DNA of 39,892 nt. Origin: a virus (Duplodnaviria; Caudoviricetes). The notes under the pieces are model-generated. The model saw nothing but the letters and a program-made list of their open reading frames with translations. It ran no database searches and was not told the origin of the DNA. Positions 8,868 through 17,883 of this stretch are shown piece by piece. The position numbers were made by a program, and so were the translations under genes. Each line of letters starts with the position of its first letter. Positions within the stretch are counted from its first letter, which is position 1. The DNA is taken from positions 1 to 39,892 of IMG/VR virus record IMGVR_UViG_3300009117_000002; one strand, 5' to 3'.

Positions 8868-8870
8868 GAT

Positions 8871-8928
8871 GCACAAATGGCGTGCACAAAAGATGCACTT
8901 TACAGGCGCACAAATGGCGTGATATGAT
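8871..8928 (+). promoter_or_regulatory. Putative late promoter with activator-binding direct repeats
   Basis: GCACAAATGGCGTG at 8871-8884 and 8908-8921; TTTACA 8899-8904 / TG-A-TATGAT 8923-8928. Confidence 0.55.
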
Positions 8929-8977
8929 TTTTACAATGGAAAAAGTGTCAGGAGCCGTCCGAGGGGGCGGCTTTGTT

Positions 8978-9004
8978 GCAGGAAAATGCTCCCTTTTGTC
9001 GAAT
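8978..9004 (+). promoter_or_regulatory. Sigma-H-like promoter for moron 9031-9273
   Basis: GCAGGA-N17-GAAT. Confidence 0.55.
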
Positions 9005-9030
9005 AAAGTAGGCGGGAGGGGGGTGAGGAA

Positions 9031-9273
9031 GTGGATTGTAAATTCTCAATATCAGCTCGTTTTAACGAATATCATAATATTTTAAATGCGATACAGTATC
9101 TCATAGAGCATGAAGACGAAGCCAATAACGATAGGCCAATTAGGAAAAGAGTCGATTTGGAATTATTACAACGGGAGCTAATTGAAAACGGGGGAGATAA
9201 TATAACTCAGGCACAACTTGACTGTATTATCATGGTTTTATTACATTTTGTACCTGATAGTATTAAAGTTTAG
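9031..9273 (+). CDS. AT-rich moron, hypothetical protein
   Basis: Own promoter, RBS and terminator; low GC. Confidence 0.65.
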   Translation: MDCKFSISARFNEYHNILNAIQYLIEHEDEANNDRPIRKRVDLELLQRELIENGGDNITQAQLDCIIMVLLHFVPDSIKV

Positions 9274-9284
9274 GAATGTAATTT

Positions 9285-9306
9285 AAGAGCCTTCGGGCTC
9301 TTTTTT
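9285..9306 (+). terminator. Rho-independent terminator
   Basis: AAGAGCC-TTCG-GGCTCTT followed by a T run. Confidence 0.85.
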
Positions 9307-9321
9307 ATTTCACGTGAAATA
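9306..9321. promoter_or_regulatory. Perfect palindrome TATTTCACGTGAAATA (parS/NBS-like), copy 1
   Basis: Identical at 14510-14525 and 31846-31861. Confidence 0.7.
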
Positions 9322-9335
9322 TGTGAGGTGCCGAT

Positions 9336-9482
9336 ATGACACCTAACGAAATGCTCCAAATGCTATCCACTATCTGGGCGGCCTGCGCTGAATATCCCGA
9401 TGCGGAGCATGGGGAGATATTGGGGCACATAGAGAAGTTGCAATCTTTAGTATTCCAACTAAGAGGTGGTGAGAATGGCTAA
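9336..9482 (+). CDS. Small hypothetical protein (48 aa)
   Basis: GAGGTG RBS; MTPNEMLQML...; overlaps the terS start. Confidence 0.55.
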   Translation: MTPNEMLQMLSTIWAACAEYPDAEHGEILGHIEKLQSLVFQLRGGENG

Positions 9483-10029
9483 TGAGCGTTTGACTCGAAA
9501 ACAGCAAAAATTTGTACAGGAGTATTTGATTGACTTAAACGCTACTAGGGCGGCGGAGAGGGCTGGTTACAGTGAGCGGACTGCTTATAGCCAGGGCCAG
9601 CGCCTGTTGAAACATGTTGAAGTGAAAAAAGCTATTGACGCTGCTATTGAGCGTCGTAATAAACGACTCGAGGTCACCCAGGATCGGATTATAAAAGAGT
9701 ATGCTAGGTTAGGTTTCTTTGATCCCCGGCAGTTGTTCCGACCTGATGGCAGCCCGAAGGACATCACCGAGCTTGACGATGACACTGCCGCAGCCATAGC
9801 TGGCTTGGAAGTGATGGAGATATGGGAAGGCCGAGGAGAGGATCGGCGGTTTGTCGGGTACTTGAAGAAGTATAAGTTGGCAAACAAGATAGGTGCCCTG
9901 GACAGCATAGCCCGGCACCTGGGCATGTTCAATGACCGTCTGGAGCTGGGGGGCAAGGTAAGTGTTGATAATCCCTTCGCCGGTCTCACCACTGAAGATC
10001 TGAAGAAGCTGATCGAGGATGATGGATAA
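9475..10029 (+). CDS. terS: Terminase small subunit
   Basis: LTRKQQKFVQEYLIDLNATRAAERAGYS. Confidence 0.92.
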   Translation: MANERLTRKQQKFVQEYLIDLNATRAAERAGYSERTAYSQGQRLLKHVEVKKAIDAAIERRNKRLEVTQDRIIKEYARLGFFDPRQLFRPDGSPKDITELDDDTAAAIAGLEVMEIWEGRGEDRRFVGYLKKYKLANKIGALDSIARHLGMFNDRLELGGKVSVDNPFAGLTTEDLKKLIEDDG

Positions 10030-11416
10030 GGAACGAATAAAAAAATGTGCCAAGCTGGAACTCGCACGCCGTGAGTTCTTTTATTTTTGCCATTTGCTAG
10101 CCCCGGATTTCTATAAGGATGACCGGCCACACCTGAAAACGCTTTGTGACAACTTCCAGGACTTTTACGAGAGCGACGATGATATTGCTATTTTCAACCT
10201 TCCCCCGCGTCATGGGAAGTCACGGACCGCGGGCCTTCTGGCGCAGTGGGTGTTCGGGAAGAACCAGAACGAGAAGATTATGACGGGCTCCTATAACGAG
10301 ACCTTGTCAACAACCTTCTCTAAAGCAGTCCGGAATGGTATCCAGGAGCTAAAGGTGGATTCAGACAGGGTGGTTTACTCCGATATTTTTCCCGGCGTCC
10401 GGATAAAAAAAGGCGACGGCGCCATGAATCTTTGGTCCCTGGAAGGTGGACACAGTAATTACTTGGCCACTAGCCCGACGGGGACAGCTACCGGCTTCGG
10501 CGCCACCCTGATGATCCTGGATGACTTGATCAAAAATGTGGAAGAAGCTTGCAACGAAAACACCTTAGAAAAACACTGGCTTTGGTTTACCGATACCATG
10601 CTTAGCCGTCTTGAAGAGGGCGGCAAAATCATCATCATTATGACCAGGTGGGCTACCGGAGACTTGGCCGGGCGGGCCTTGGAATACTTCCGGGAAGAAG
10701 AGAAGAAAGACGTCCGGCTGCTGACCATGAAGGCGCTCCAGGATGACGGCAGCATGCTCTGCCCGGATATCCTCTCCCGGGAAAGCTATGATACCAAGGT
10801 CCGGGCGATGAGCCCCGATATCGCTTCTGCGAACTATCAGCAGATCCCGATTGATATTAAGGGCAAGCTGTATAGCAGCTTCAAGACATACGAGAAGCTG
10901 CCTGTGGATGCCAAGGGGAATTCTCTTTTTACCGGCATCTACAGCTACTGCGACAGTGCCGATGAGGGGGATGATTACCTGTGCAACATCATCTGGGGCG
11001 AGTATCTGAAAGAGGCGTATGTCCTGGATGTGATATACACCAAAGAGCCCATGGAGATCACAGAGCCGGCAGTTGCCCAGGCTCTGTTTAATTCCAAAGT
11101 GAACCGAGCCCGCTTTGAATCCAACAGCGGCGGGCGGTCCTTTGCCCGGAACGTACGGCGGATCTTGGAGCAGGAACTGGAAAGCAATCACACAAGCATC
11201 AGCTGGTTTCATCAGAGCAAGAACAAGGTGGCCAGGATTATTTCTAACGCAACCTGGGTTATGAATCACATCTACTTCCCGATCAACTGGCGGGATAGGT
11301 GGCCGGACTATTACCGGGCTATGACTACCTACCAGCGTGAAGGGAAGAACGCTCACGACGATGCGGAGGATGCCACAACCGGAATAGCAGAAACGATGTA
11401 CCTCATAGGGGGTTAG
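10019..11416 (+). CDS. terL: Terminase large subunit
   Basis: PPRHGKS, ILDDLIK, IMTRW, C-terminal HDDAED nuclease motif. Confidence 0.93.
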   Translation: MMDKERIKKCAKLELARREFFYFCHLLAPDFYKDDRPHLKTLCDNFQDFYESDDDIAIFNLPPRHGKSRTAGLLAQWVFGKNQNEKIMTGSYNETLSTTFSKAVRNGIQELKVDSDRVVYSDIFPGVRIKKGDGAMNLWSLEGGHSNYLATSPTGTATGFGATLMILDDLIKNVEEACNENTLEKHWLWFTDTMLSRLEEGGKIIIIMTRWATGDLAGRALEYFREEEKKDVRLLTMKALQDDGSMLCPDILSRESYDTKVRAMSPDIASANYQQIPIDIKGKLYSSFKTYEKLPVDAKGNSLFTGIYSYCDSADEGDDYLCNIIWGEYLKEAYVLDVIYTKEPMEITEPAVAQALFNSKVNRARFESNSGGRSFARNVRRILEQELESNHTSISWFHQSKNKVARIISNATWVMNHIYFPINWRDRWPDYYRAMTTYQREGKNAHDDAEDATTGIAETMYLIGG

Positions 11417-11419
11417 CAT

Positions 11420-12928
11420 ATGAGCGTGTGGGGGACGGTGAAAAATTTTATCATGAAGATGCTACGGATTCAACCGGCCATTGAAAACCGAATCATCACA
11501 ATTAGAGAACCTTTCAGCTACGAGGCCAACGCCCTCCGGAACCACCTCTGGTACCGGGGAGAACCGTCTGAACTTGATCAGTTTTTCAAGCAGACGGCTG
11601 CCGACCCGGTAAGCCAGTCCCGTTTCTGGGCGGCGGTACCCAGCGCAGACCTGGGCATCCGGAAGATACACTCCGGGCTGCCGGCAATGATTGTAGAACG
11701 CCTTGCCGACATTGTGATTGCCGACATGGACAGCATTGACCTGCAGAAACAGGCTGATACGGATCTGTGGACAGAAATCAACCAGGACAACGGCTTTGAT
11801 AAGCTTATGGGCGAATCCATATCTGATGTTCTGATAGCTGGCGACGGCGCCTTCAAGATCACGGTTGATACCGCCGTAAGCCAGTATCCCATCATCGAAT
11901 TTTTCGCTGGGGAGAGAGTGGACTATAAGCGAACCCGGGGCCGGCTGCAGGAAGTCCTGTTTTTCACGGACTATGTGGTGAAGAAAAAGGACTACAGGCT
12001 GGAGGAGACTTTCGGGCAGGGTTACATCAGGTACCGGCTGCTTGATTCTGCCGGCAAGGAAGTGCCGCTGTCCACCGTGCCCGGGCTGGCAGAGCTGGTG
12101 GATGTGACATACCCCGGCGAATTCATCATGGCTGTGCCGGTGCAGTTTTTTAAATCGCAGAAGTGGGCGGGCCGGGGTAAGTCAATCTTCGACTCCAAGT
12201 CAGACAGCTTTGACGCTCTTGACGAAACGATATCGCAGTGGGTGGACGCCATCAGGGCCGGCCGGGTGCAGAAGTACATCCCGGAAGATTTAATACCGAA
12301 TGACCCCAAGACGGGGGCGCTATTAAGGCCAAATCCGTTCGACAATCAGTTTATCAAGATTGGCACGGTGATGGCCGAGGATGCCAAGACACAAGTCAGT
12401 ATGGTACAGCCTGAAATCCTCTATGAGGCGTTTGTGAGTACCTACGCCAACGCCCTGGATATGTGCCTTCAGGGGATCATCAGCCCTTCCACCCTGGGTA
12501 TTGACCTGAAAAAACTTGATAATGCTGAGGCTCAGAGGGAGAAAGAGAAGGCCACCCTCTATACCCGGGGGAAGATCATTACTACCCTGACCGAGGTCAT
12601 CCCCCAGCTGGTGGATACGGCCATGAAGGTCTATGACACCATGCGTAGCAGGACGCCTGGGGAGTATGTAGTCACCGTGGACTTCGGGGAGTACGCTTCT
12701 CCGTCGTTCGATAACTTGGTGGAGACAGTGGGTAATGCCAAGCTCAAGGGGATCATGTCTATCGAGCAGTGCGTTGAGGAGCTCTATGGCGACACATGGA
12801 CGGACGAACAGAAGGCCGAAGAGGTGCAGCGCCTGAAAGAGGAGCAGGGCCTGCTGGAGGCCGAGGAGCCGAAGGTGAAGGACGGGCAGCCGGAAGAGGG
12901 AGAGGGCGAAGAGGGAGACGATGAGTAA
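11420..12928 (+). CDS. Portal protein (A118-like)
   Basis: 502 aa directly after terL; SPSTLGID, AQREKEKATLYTR, acidic tail. Confidence 0.85.
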   Translation: MSVWGTVKNFIMKMLRIQPAIENRIITIREPFSYEANALRNHLWYRGEPSELDQFFKQTAADPVSQSRFWAAVPSADLGIRKIHSGLPAMIVERLADIVIADMDSIDLQKQADTDLWTEINQDNGFDKLMGESISDVLIAGDGAFKITVDTAVSQYPIIEFFAGERVDYKRTRGRLQEVLFFTDYVVKKKDYRLEETFGQGYIRYRLLDSAGKEVPLSTVPGLAELVDVTYPGEFIMAVPVQFFKSQKWAGRGKSIFDSKSDSFDALDETISQWVDAIRAGRVQKYIPEDLIPNDPKTGALLRPNPFDNQFIKIGTVMAEDAKTQVSMVQPEILYEAFVSTYANALDMCLQGIISPSTLGIDLKKLDNAEAQREKEKATLYTRGKIITTLTEVIPQLVDTAMKVYDTMRSRTPGEYVVTVDFGEYASPSFDNLVETVGNAKLKGIMSIEQCVEELYGDTWTDEQKAEEVQRLKEEQGLLEAEEPKVKDGQPEEGEGEEGDDE

Positions 12929-14339
12929 TAAGAAGAAGCGCAAGCCCGATCCTTATGACATTGCTCAAATCTACACTGAAATGGAGCTCTTCCTCATCGC
13001 TTCGATGGCCAGGAACTTGAACAGGCACCAGCTGGATGAGCTAGAACAGGGCTTCACCTGGGAGATGTGGCAGCAGGTGCAGCTCCAAAACCTGCGACGG
13101 TTCAGGAGAGAAAACCGGAGGGCGGTCAAGAAGAGCGGGGAGGCGGCCAGGAGAGCCAGCGAACGGCAGCTGAAATCTGCCGGCGGCAGCAACGCCAAGG
13201 TGAGGGCTTTGATTGAGGCAATCACCAAGGACCAGGAAAAGATTGAGCATGCCGTGCTTCGGTATGTCGATGACGTATACCGGCAGACGATATTCAAGGC
13301 GCAGGTTTACCTGGATTCGGGGACTATGACGCTGAAGCAGGCCGTTGACATGGCCACGAAGGATTTCCTGGACAAGGGGATCAACTGCATTGAATATGTG
13401 GATGGCCGCCGGGTGAACGTTGCTTCCTATGCCGAGATGGCTTTGAGAACCGCCAGCCAGCGGGCTACCTTTATGGCTGATGGGGAGAAGCGGGACAGGT
13501 GGGGCATATATACCATCTTCGTTTCAGCCCATGCGAATGCTTGCAATTGGTGCCTGCCATGGCAGGGAAAGGTGCTCATCGACGACGTCTATTCGAAAGG
13601 GAAAAGACCGAGGGATGGCAACTACCCACTGTTGAGCGAGGCCATGGAAGCGAATCTGCTTCACCCAAATTGCCGGCACACGCTTGCAACCTGGTTTCCC
13701 GGCATCACCAAGCTACCGAATGTACCCGATGAAGCGCTGGCCCGGGCAAACTACGAGGCCGAGCAGAAACAGCGGTACATGGAGAGGCAAATCCGGAAGT
13801 GGAAACGGCGGGAAGCCGGGAGCCTGGATCCGGAGAACCAGCAACAGGCTGCCGCTAAGGTGAAGGAGTGGCAGGGGAAGATCCGAGAGCACCTGAAAGA
13901 AAATCCACAGCTGCGGAGAGACTACTGGCGGGAAAGGCTGCTGCCAGAACCCGAGCTAAAACATGTAGGCAAGATTGATTTGGAGAAGTATCAAAAGGCA
14001 GCCAGCGATCCCATTTTGACAGATGAAGTTGTTTTAACCAAAAAGGCTCTTGACCATATAAAAGATAAGCACCCTGAAGTGATGCCAATCCTTGAAAAGC
14101 ATGCAGGAGAGATTGTACAAAACCCGGATGTTATCTTCGTTGAAGAAAGAACACCAAACACTGCCAACGTACTTAAAAAAATTACAGTTGATAAGAGCAA
14201 TGTTCACGTTGTTTTACGATTAGCCGTTGCGGGTGATAACCCCAGCTATAAAAATTCAATCATTACCGCAATGAAGATTAATGAAAAAAGGTTTGAGCGA
14301 TACTTGAGGACAAAAAACATAATTTACAAGAATAAGTAG
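12921..14339 (+). CDS. Minor capsid protein (MuF-like) with a C-terminal PBECR-like RNase domain
   Basis: YAEMALRT, VSAH...C..C.PWQGK, LHPNCRH; AT-rich extension VVLT..ALDHIKDKHPE..NPD.I..NSIIT. Confidence 0.8.
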   Translation: MSNKKKRKPDPYDIAQIYTEMELFLIASMARNLNRHQLDELEQGFTWEMWQQVQLQNLRRFRRENRRAVKKSGEAARRASERQLKSAGGSNAKVRALIEAITKDQEKIEHAVLRYVDDVYRQTIFKAQVYLDSGTMTLKQAVDMATKDFLDKGINCIEYVDGRRVNVASYAEMALRTASQRATFMADGEKRDRWGIYTIFVSAHANACNWCLPWQGKVLIDDVYSKGKRPRDGNYPLLSEAMEANLLHPNCRHTLATWFPGITKLPNVPDEALARANYEAEQKQRYMERQIRKWKRREAGSLDPENQQQAAAKVKEWQGKIREHLKENPQLRRDYWRERLLPEPELKHVGKIDLEKYQKAASDPILTDEVVLTKKALDHIKDKHPEVMPILEKHAGEIVQNPDVIFVEERTPNTANVLKKITVDKSNVHVVLRLAVAGDNPSYKNSIITAMKINEKRFERYLRTKNIIYKNK

Positions 14340-14352
14340 GATGTGTTACAAT
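14323..14352 (+). promoter_or_regulatory. Sigma-A-like promoter overlapping the minor capsid stop codon
   Basis: TTTACA-N18-TACAAT with extended TG. Confidence 0.55.
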
Positions 14353-14366
14353 AAAAATAACTATAT

Positions 14367-14459
14367 AGGGGCTATTTGAGGTGGTCAATTTCGTGGCTAC
14401 CACACGCCTTAATGGCCAAAAGGGATGCAGGGGGACGCCACGCCTGCCAAATAGCCCTT
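14367..14459 (+). ncRNA. Candidate structured ncRNA (multiloop with kissing-loop pseudoknot)
   Basis: GGGCTATTTG/CAAATAGCCC closing stem; GTGGT/ACCAC and GCAGG/CCTGC hairpins whose loops carry CGTGGC and GCCACG. Confidence 0.6.
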
Positions 14460-14468
14460 GAAAATATT

Positions 14469-14499
14469 GAGCACTTACCAAATGGTAGGTGCTTTTCTT
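14469..14499 (+). terminator. Rho-independent terminator
   Basis: AGCACTTACCA-AA-TGGTAGGTGCT followed by TTTCTT. Confidence 0.75.
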
Positions 14500-14509
14500 A
14501 TGCCTAGAA

Positions 14510-14525
14510 TATTTCACGTGAAATA
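14510..14525. promoter_or_regulatory. TATTTCACGTGAAATA palindrome, copy 2
   Basis: Exact 16-bp palindrome. Confidence 0.7.
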
Positions 14526-14542
14526 ATTTGGAGGTGATATAA

Positions 14543-14623
14543 GTGGCTGTAAGTGTACAGATAACTCTGATAATCTGCGTGACAATTTTAATCATAGGTA
14601 TACTGCCAAGGAAGGGGAGATAA
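14543..14623 (+). CDS. 26-aa hydrophobic peptide
   Basis: GGAGGTG RBS; MAVSVQITLIICVTILIIGILPRKGR. Confidence 0.5.
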   Translation: MAVSVQITLIICVTILIIGILPRKGR

Positions 14624-14628
14624 GTAAG

Positions 14629-14838
14629 GTGAAACTGCACATCAAGACTACTCAGGTACCTGAGAGCCGTATACCCCGTGGAATATATCCCTAGACGGTA
14701 AAAAGCTCGATAATGTGCTGGGCTTAAACCTGAAGATGGGGTTAGGGGAAATTCCAGTCATTACCCTCAATTTGTACTGCGAGGAGATAGAGATAACCGG
14801 CGACTACGACGTTGAAGAGGCATATCGCCAACGGTAGC
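14629..14838 (+). pseudogene. Probable frameshifted small phage gene
   Basis: MKLHIKTT.. frame stops at 14694; -1 frame continues ISLDGKKLDNVLGLNLKM..PVITLNLYCEEIEI. Confidence 0.4.
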
Positions 14839-14939
14839 CGGCTAATTTATTAAGCGCTCTTTTAAAAGGCCAGAGCATAAAGAAGCGCATACTCTAAACC
14901 GGTACTGACCGGTATAAAAAAGTATGGAGGTACAACCAA

Positions 14940-15539
14940 ATGGATTGGCTGAAAAAACTGATTGAGAAACACACCAAAGACGGGAAGATTGATACTGAAG
15001 CCTTGATAAAAGAAGTCAATACCGAGTTCCCCAAAGCAGCTGTACCTAAGGACAAGTACAACGAGCTGGCCGAGACTAAGAAGAAGCTGGAGAAGGACAT
15101 CAGCGATCGGGACACTCAGCTGGAAGAACTGAAGAAAACTGCCGGCGCCAGCGAGGAGCTAAAGAAGCAAATCGAGACTCTGCAAAACGAGAACAAGACA
15201 ACCAGAGAAAAGTATGACGCCGACATGAAAGACCTGACCCTGACCAACGCCATCAAGCTGGCGGTAGCAGGGAAAGCCCATGATGAAGGCTTGGTGGCCG
15301 GGCTCGTTGATAAGAGTAAGCTGGTCATTGACGGCGATAATGTCGTCGGCCTGGATGAGCAGCTCAAAGGGCTGCAGGAGTCAAAATCCTTCCTCTTCAA
15401 GCCGGCAGAAGAAGGAGAGGCAAATAAGACGGGCTTCCGGCAGAAAGTTGGCAGTGACGGAAAGCCTATCAACAAAGACACCAGCAAACCGGTGAGTCTC
15501 TCCGATGCCGTTGCCGGGGCGATTAAGCAACAAACTTAA
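14940..15539 (+). CDS. Scaffolding protein (Gp20-like)
   Basis: VPKDKYNE, coiled coil, GLDEQLKGLQESKSFLF; upstream of the MCP. Confidence 0.88.
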   Translation: MDWLKKLIEKHTKDGKIDTEALIKEVNTEFPKAAVPKDKYNELAETKKKLEKDISDRDTQLEELKKTAGASEELKKQIETLQNENKTTREKYDADMKDLTLTNAIKLAVAGKAHDEGLVAGLVDKSKLVIDGDNVVGLDEQLKGLQESKSFLFKPAEEGEANKTGFRQKVGSDGKPINKDTSKPVSLSDAVAGAIKQQT

Positions 15540-15560
15540 CCTAAAGAAAGGATGATCTAA

Positions 15561-16523
15561 ATGCCAATAACATTGGCTGAAGCACAGAAGAATGTACAAG
15601 ATGATCTCCAGATGGGGGTTATTGATGAATTCCGGAAGTCCAACTATATCCTGGACAATATTACTTTTGATGACGCCGTATCGCCCACTGGGGGCGGGGC
15701 CACCTTGACCTATGCCTATACCCGACTGATTACCCAGCCCACTGCAGCGTTCAGGGAGATCAATACTGAATACGAACCTCAGACCGTTACCAAACAGCGG
15801 TACACCACAGACTTGAAGGTCTTCGGTGGAAGCTTCGAGATCGACCGGATTATCGCCGGCATGGGTGGCATTGTCAACGAAGTTACCTTGCAGATCCAAC
15901 AGAAGACCAAGGCGGCCCAGGCTTTGTTCAACAATACCGTTATCAATGGTGACAGTGCGGTCGATGAAAACGCCTTTGATGGTTTGGAAAAGGCCCTGAC
16001 TGGTTCCAGCACCGAAGTGACCCCGACAGCGGCCATCGACCTGTCCACCTCTGATGCCCTCGACGAGAATTACAAAGCGTTCCTGGATGTTCTGGACGAG
16101 TTCCTGATGGGGCTGGATGGCGAGCCTTCGTTCATTGGCGGTAACACAAAGCTGATCGCCAAGCTGCGGGCCTGCGCCCGGCGTGCCGGGATGTATCAGA
16201 CCACCAAAAACGACTTCGGCGCCCAGGTTGAGCGCTACGGCAATACCCCGTGGGTCGATCTGGGGGCAAAGCCGGGTACAAACGAGCCCGTAGTACCGAT
16301 TCTCACTGGGGATAACGCCGGACAGACATCCTTGTATGCCGTTCGGTTGGGGCTGGATGGCTTCCACGGTGTCAGCATGGCCGGCCAGCCGCCTGTCAAG
16401 ACATGGCTCCCCAACTTCAACGAAGCCGGAGCCGTGAAGAAGGGTGAGGTCGAGATGGTGGCCGCCGTGGCCCTGAAAGCTACCAAGGCTGCCGGCGTGC
16501 TGCGGAAAATCAAAGTAGCATAA
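15561..16523 (+). CDS. Major capsid protein
   Basis: ITLAEA, FREINTEY, GGSFEIDR, FDGLEKAL; position in the head module. Confidence 0.9.
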   Translation: MPITLAEAQKNVQDDLQMGVIDEFRKSNYILDNITFDDAVSPTGGGATLTYAYTRLITQPTAAFREINTEYEPQTVTKQRYTTDLKVFGGSFEIDRIIAGMGGIVNEVTLQIQQKTKAAQALFNNTVINGDSAVDENAFDGLEKALTGSSTEVTPTAAIDLSTSDALDENYKAFLDVLDEFLMGLDGEPSFIGGNTKLIAKLRACARRAGMYQTTKNDFGAQVERYGNTPWVDLGAKPGTNEPVVPILTGDNAGQTSLYAVRLGLDGFHGVSMAGQPPVKTWLPNFNEAGAVKKGEVEMVAAVALKATKAAGVLRKIKVA

Positions 16524-16534
16524 GGAGGGGCATC

Positions 16535-16789
16535 ATGGCGAAGATAATTGCACCGAATAAGCAGTACACCGGCGTTTCGGCTGGTGTACCTTTCGTGAAT
16601 GGGGTTGGCGAGACAGCCGACCCCGAATTGATTAAGTGGTTTAAAACCCACGGGTATGAAGTAGAGGAAGAGGTAAGACCAGCTCAGCCTCCGGAGAAAC
16701 AGGACAAGAAATCGGAGAGTACGGCTAAACCTCCGGTAGGGGCAGTCGAGATACCGGAGAAACAGGTTAAAAAAGGGGGCGGCAAATAG
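16535..16789 (+). CDS. Small head-associated protein
   Basis: GVPFVNGVGET..WFKTHGYEVE; follows the MCP. Confidence 0.7.
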   Translation: MAKIIAPNKQYTGVSAGVPFVNGVGETADPELIKWFKTHGYEVEEEVRPAQPPEKQDKKSESTAKPPVGAVEIPEKQVKKGGGK

Positions 16790-16817
16790 CCGCTCTCTCC
16801 CTTTTGGGGGTGTGACA

Positions 16818-17180
16818 ATGGCCTATGCAGATGGGACGTATTACAAGGAAACATACGGCGGCAGCGTGATTCCCGATGAGCAGTTGGGGATACAGCTGGA
16901 GCGGGCCAGCGACCAGGTTGACAGTATGACTTTCAACCGGATTGTGGCCAAAGGCTTTGCCGGTTTGACGTCTTTCCAGCAGGAGCGGGTGAAGAAGGCC
17001 GTTTGCGCCCAAGCCGATTTCAACGTGCAGTATGGCGAATTTACAGACATACCGCTGCAGGGGTTTAGTGCCGGCGGAATCTCCATGAGCTTTGCCGGTG
17101 AACGAATTAACGGTGTGGCCACATCCAGGGCTGTTAAGAGCTACCTGGACCAGACTGGCCTGACCAGTAGGAGGTTATAG
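16818..17180 (+). CDS. Head-tail connector
   Basis: YAD..YY...Y.G, ASDQVD.MTFNRI, KAVCAQ, YL..TGL. Confidence 0.8.
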   Translation: MAYADGTYYKETYGGSVIPDEQLGIQLERASDQVDSMTFNRIVAKGFAGLTSFQQERVKKAVCAQADFNVQYGEFTDIPLQGFSAGGISMSFAGERINGVATSRAVKSYLDQTGLTSRRL

Positions 17181-17182
17181 CA

Positions 17183-17512
17183 GTGGCAAAACTGCCTTTC
17201 CCTGATTTTCTGGCTAAGACGCAGATAAAGGTGGCTATGACTAAGCTTTCCGAGGACGGGGAACCGGTGGAGCAACTTCTGTATGAGGGCAAGTGCATCT
17301 ACAATGAAAAGTCCAAGCAGGTTCTGGACGCCGAACGCCGACTGGTGTTGCTCTCGGCCACAGCGATCATTAAAGGGGATATCTGGCCGGGTAAGGACAT
17401 CGAGGGGCATGTGCAGATTGCCGGCAGCGAGATTAAGCGCACCATCTTCCGGGCAGCCAGGCCGAGGAATCCTGACGGCAGTGTGTACTCAACGGAACTG
17501 GAGCTCCAGTAA
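17183..17512 (+). CDS. Head-tail joining protein
   Basis: RNPDGSVYSTELEL; synteny. Confidence 0.7.
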   Translation: MAKLPFPDFLAKTQIKVAMTKLSEDGEPVEQLLYEGKCIYNEKSKQVLDAERRLVLLSATAIIKGDIWPGKDIEGHVQIAGSEIKRTIFRAARPRNPDGSVYSTELELQ

Positions 17513-17883
17513 TGGCTGTACGTGTGAAGCTGGACCAATCGAAAATCAATAAATTGATTCAGGCACAGAATAAGGCGTTGGAGATGACCGCCTGGGCGAT
17601 CGTGTCTGATATCGTATCTAGCCAGGTAGTACCGTTCGATGTTGGAACTCTGGAGCGCAGCGTCTATGTAGAAGCTGAGGGAATTTTGGCTGCTGTAGGA
17701 TTCAATACTCCCTATGCCCGGCGCCTCTATTTTCATCCCGAGTATCGTTTCCGTACAGACAAGAACCCTAACGCCCAAGGCCGGTGGATGGACATGTACC
17801 TCAAAGGCGGCGATAAGGAGACCTTCGCACAGGACACATTCACGAAGTTTTTGAAACAGTTGGCAGGGGGGATCATTAAGTGA
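17512..17883 (+). CDS. Neck / 'minor capsid' (HK97 gp10-like) protein
   Basis: VPFDVGTLERS, NTPYARRLYFHPE. Confidence 0.8.
   Translation: MAVRVKLDQSKINKLIQAQNKALEMTAWAIVSDIVSSQVVPFDVGTLERSVYVEAEGILAAVGFNTPYARRLYFHPEYRFRTDKNPNAQGRWMDMYLKGGDKETFAQDTFTKFLKQLAGGIIK

Noticed and set aside
10565-16367. Long antisense ORFs (e.g. 10565-11419, 12323-12943, 15381-16367)
   Set aside because: Fully overlap well-supported terL, portal and capsid genes and show no recognisable motifs
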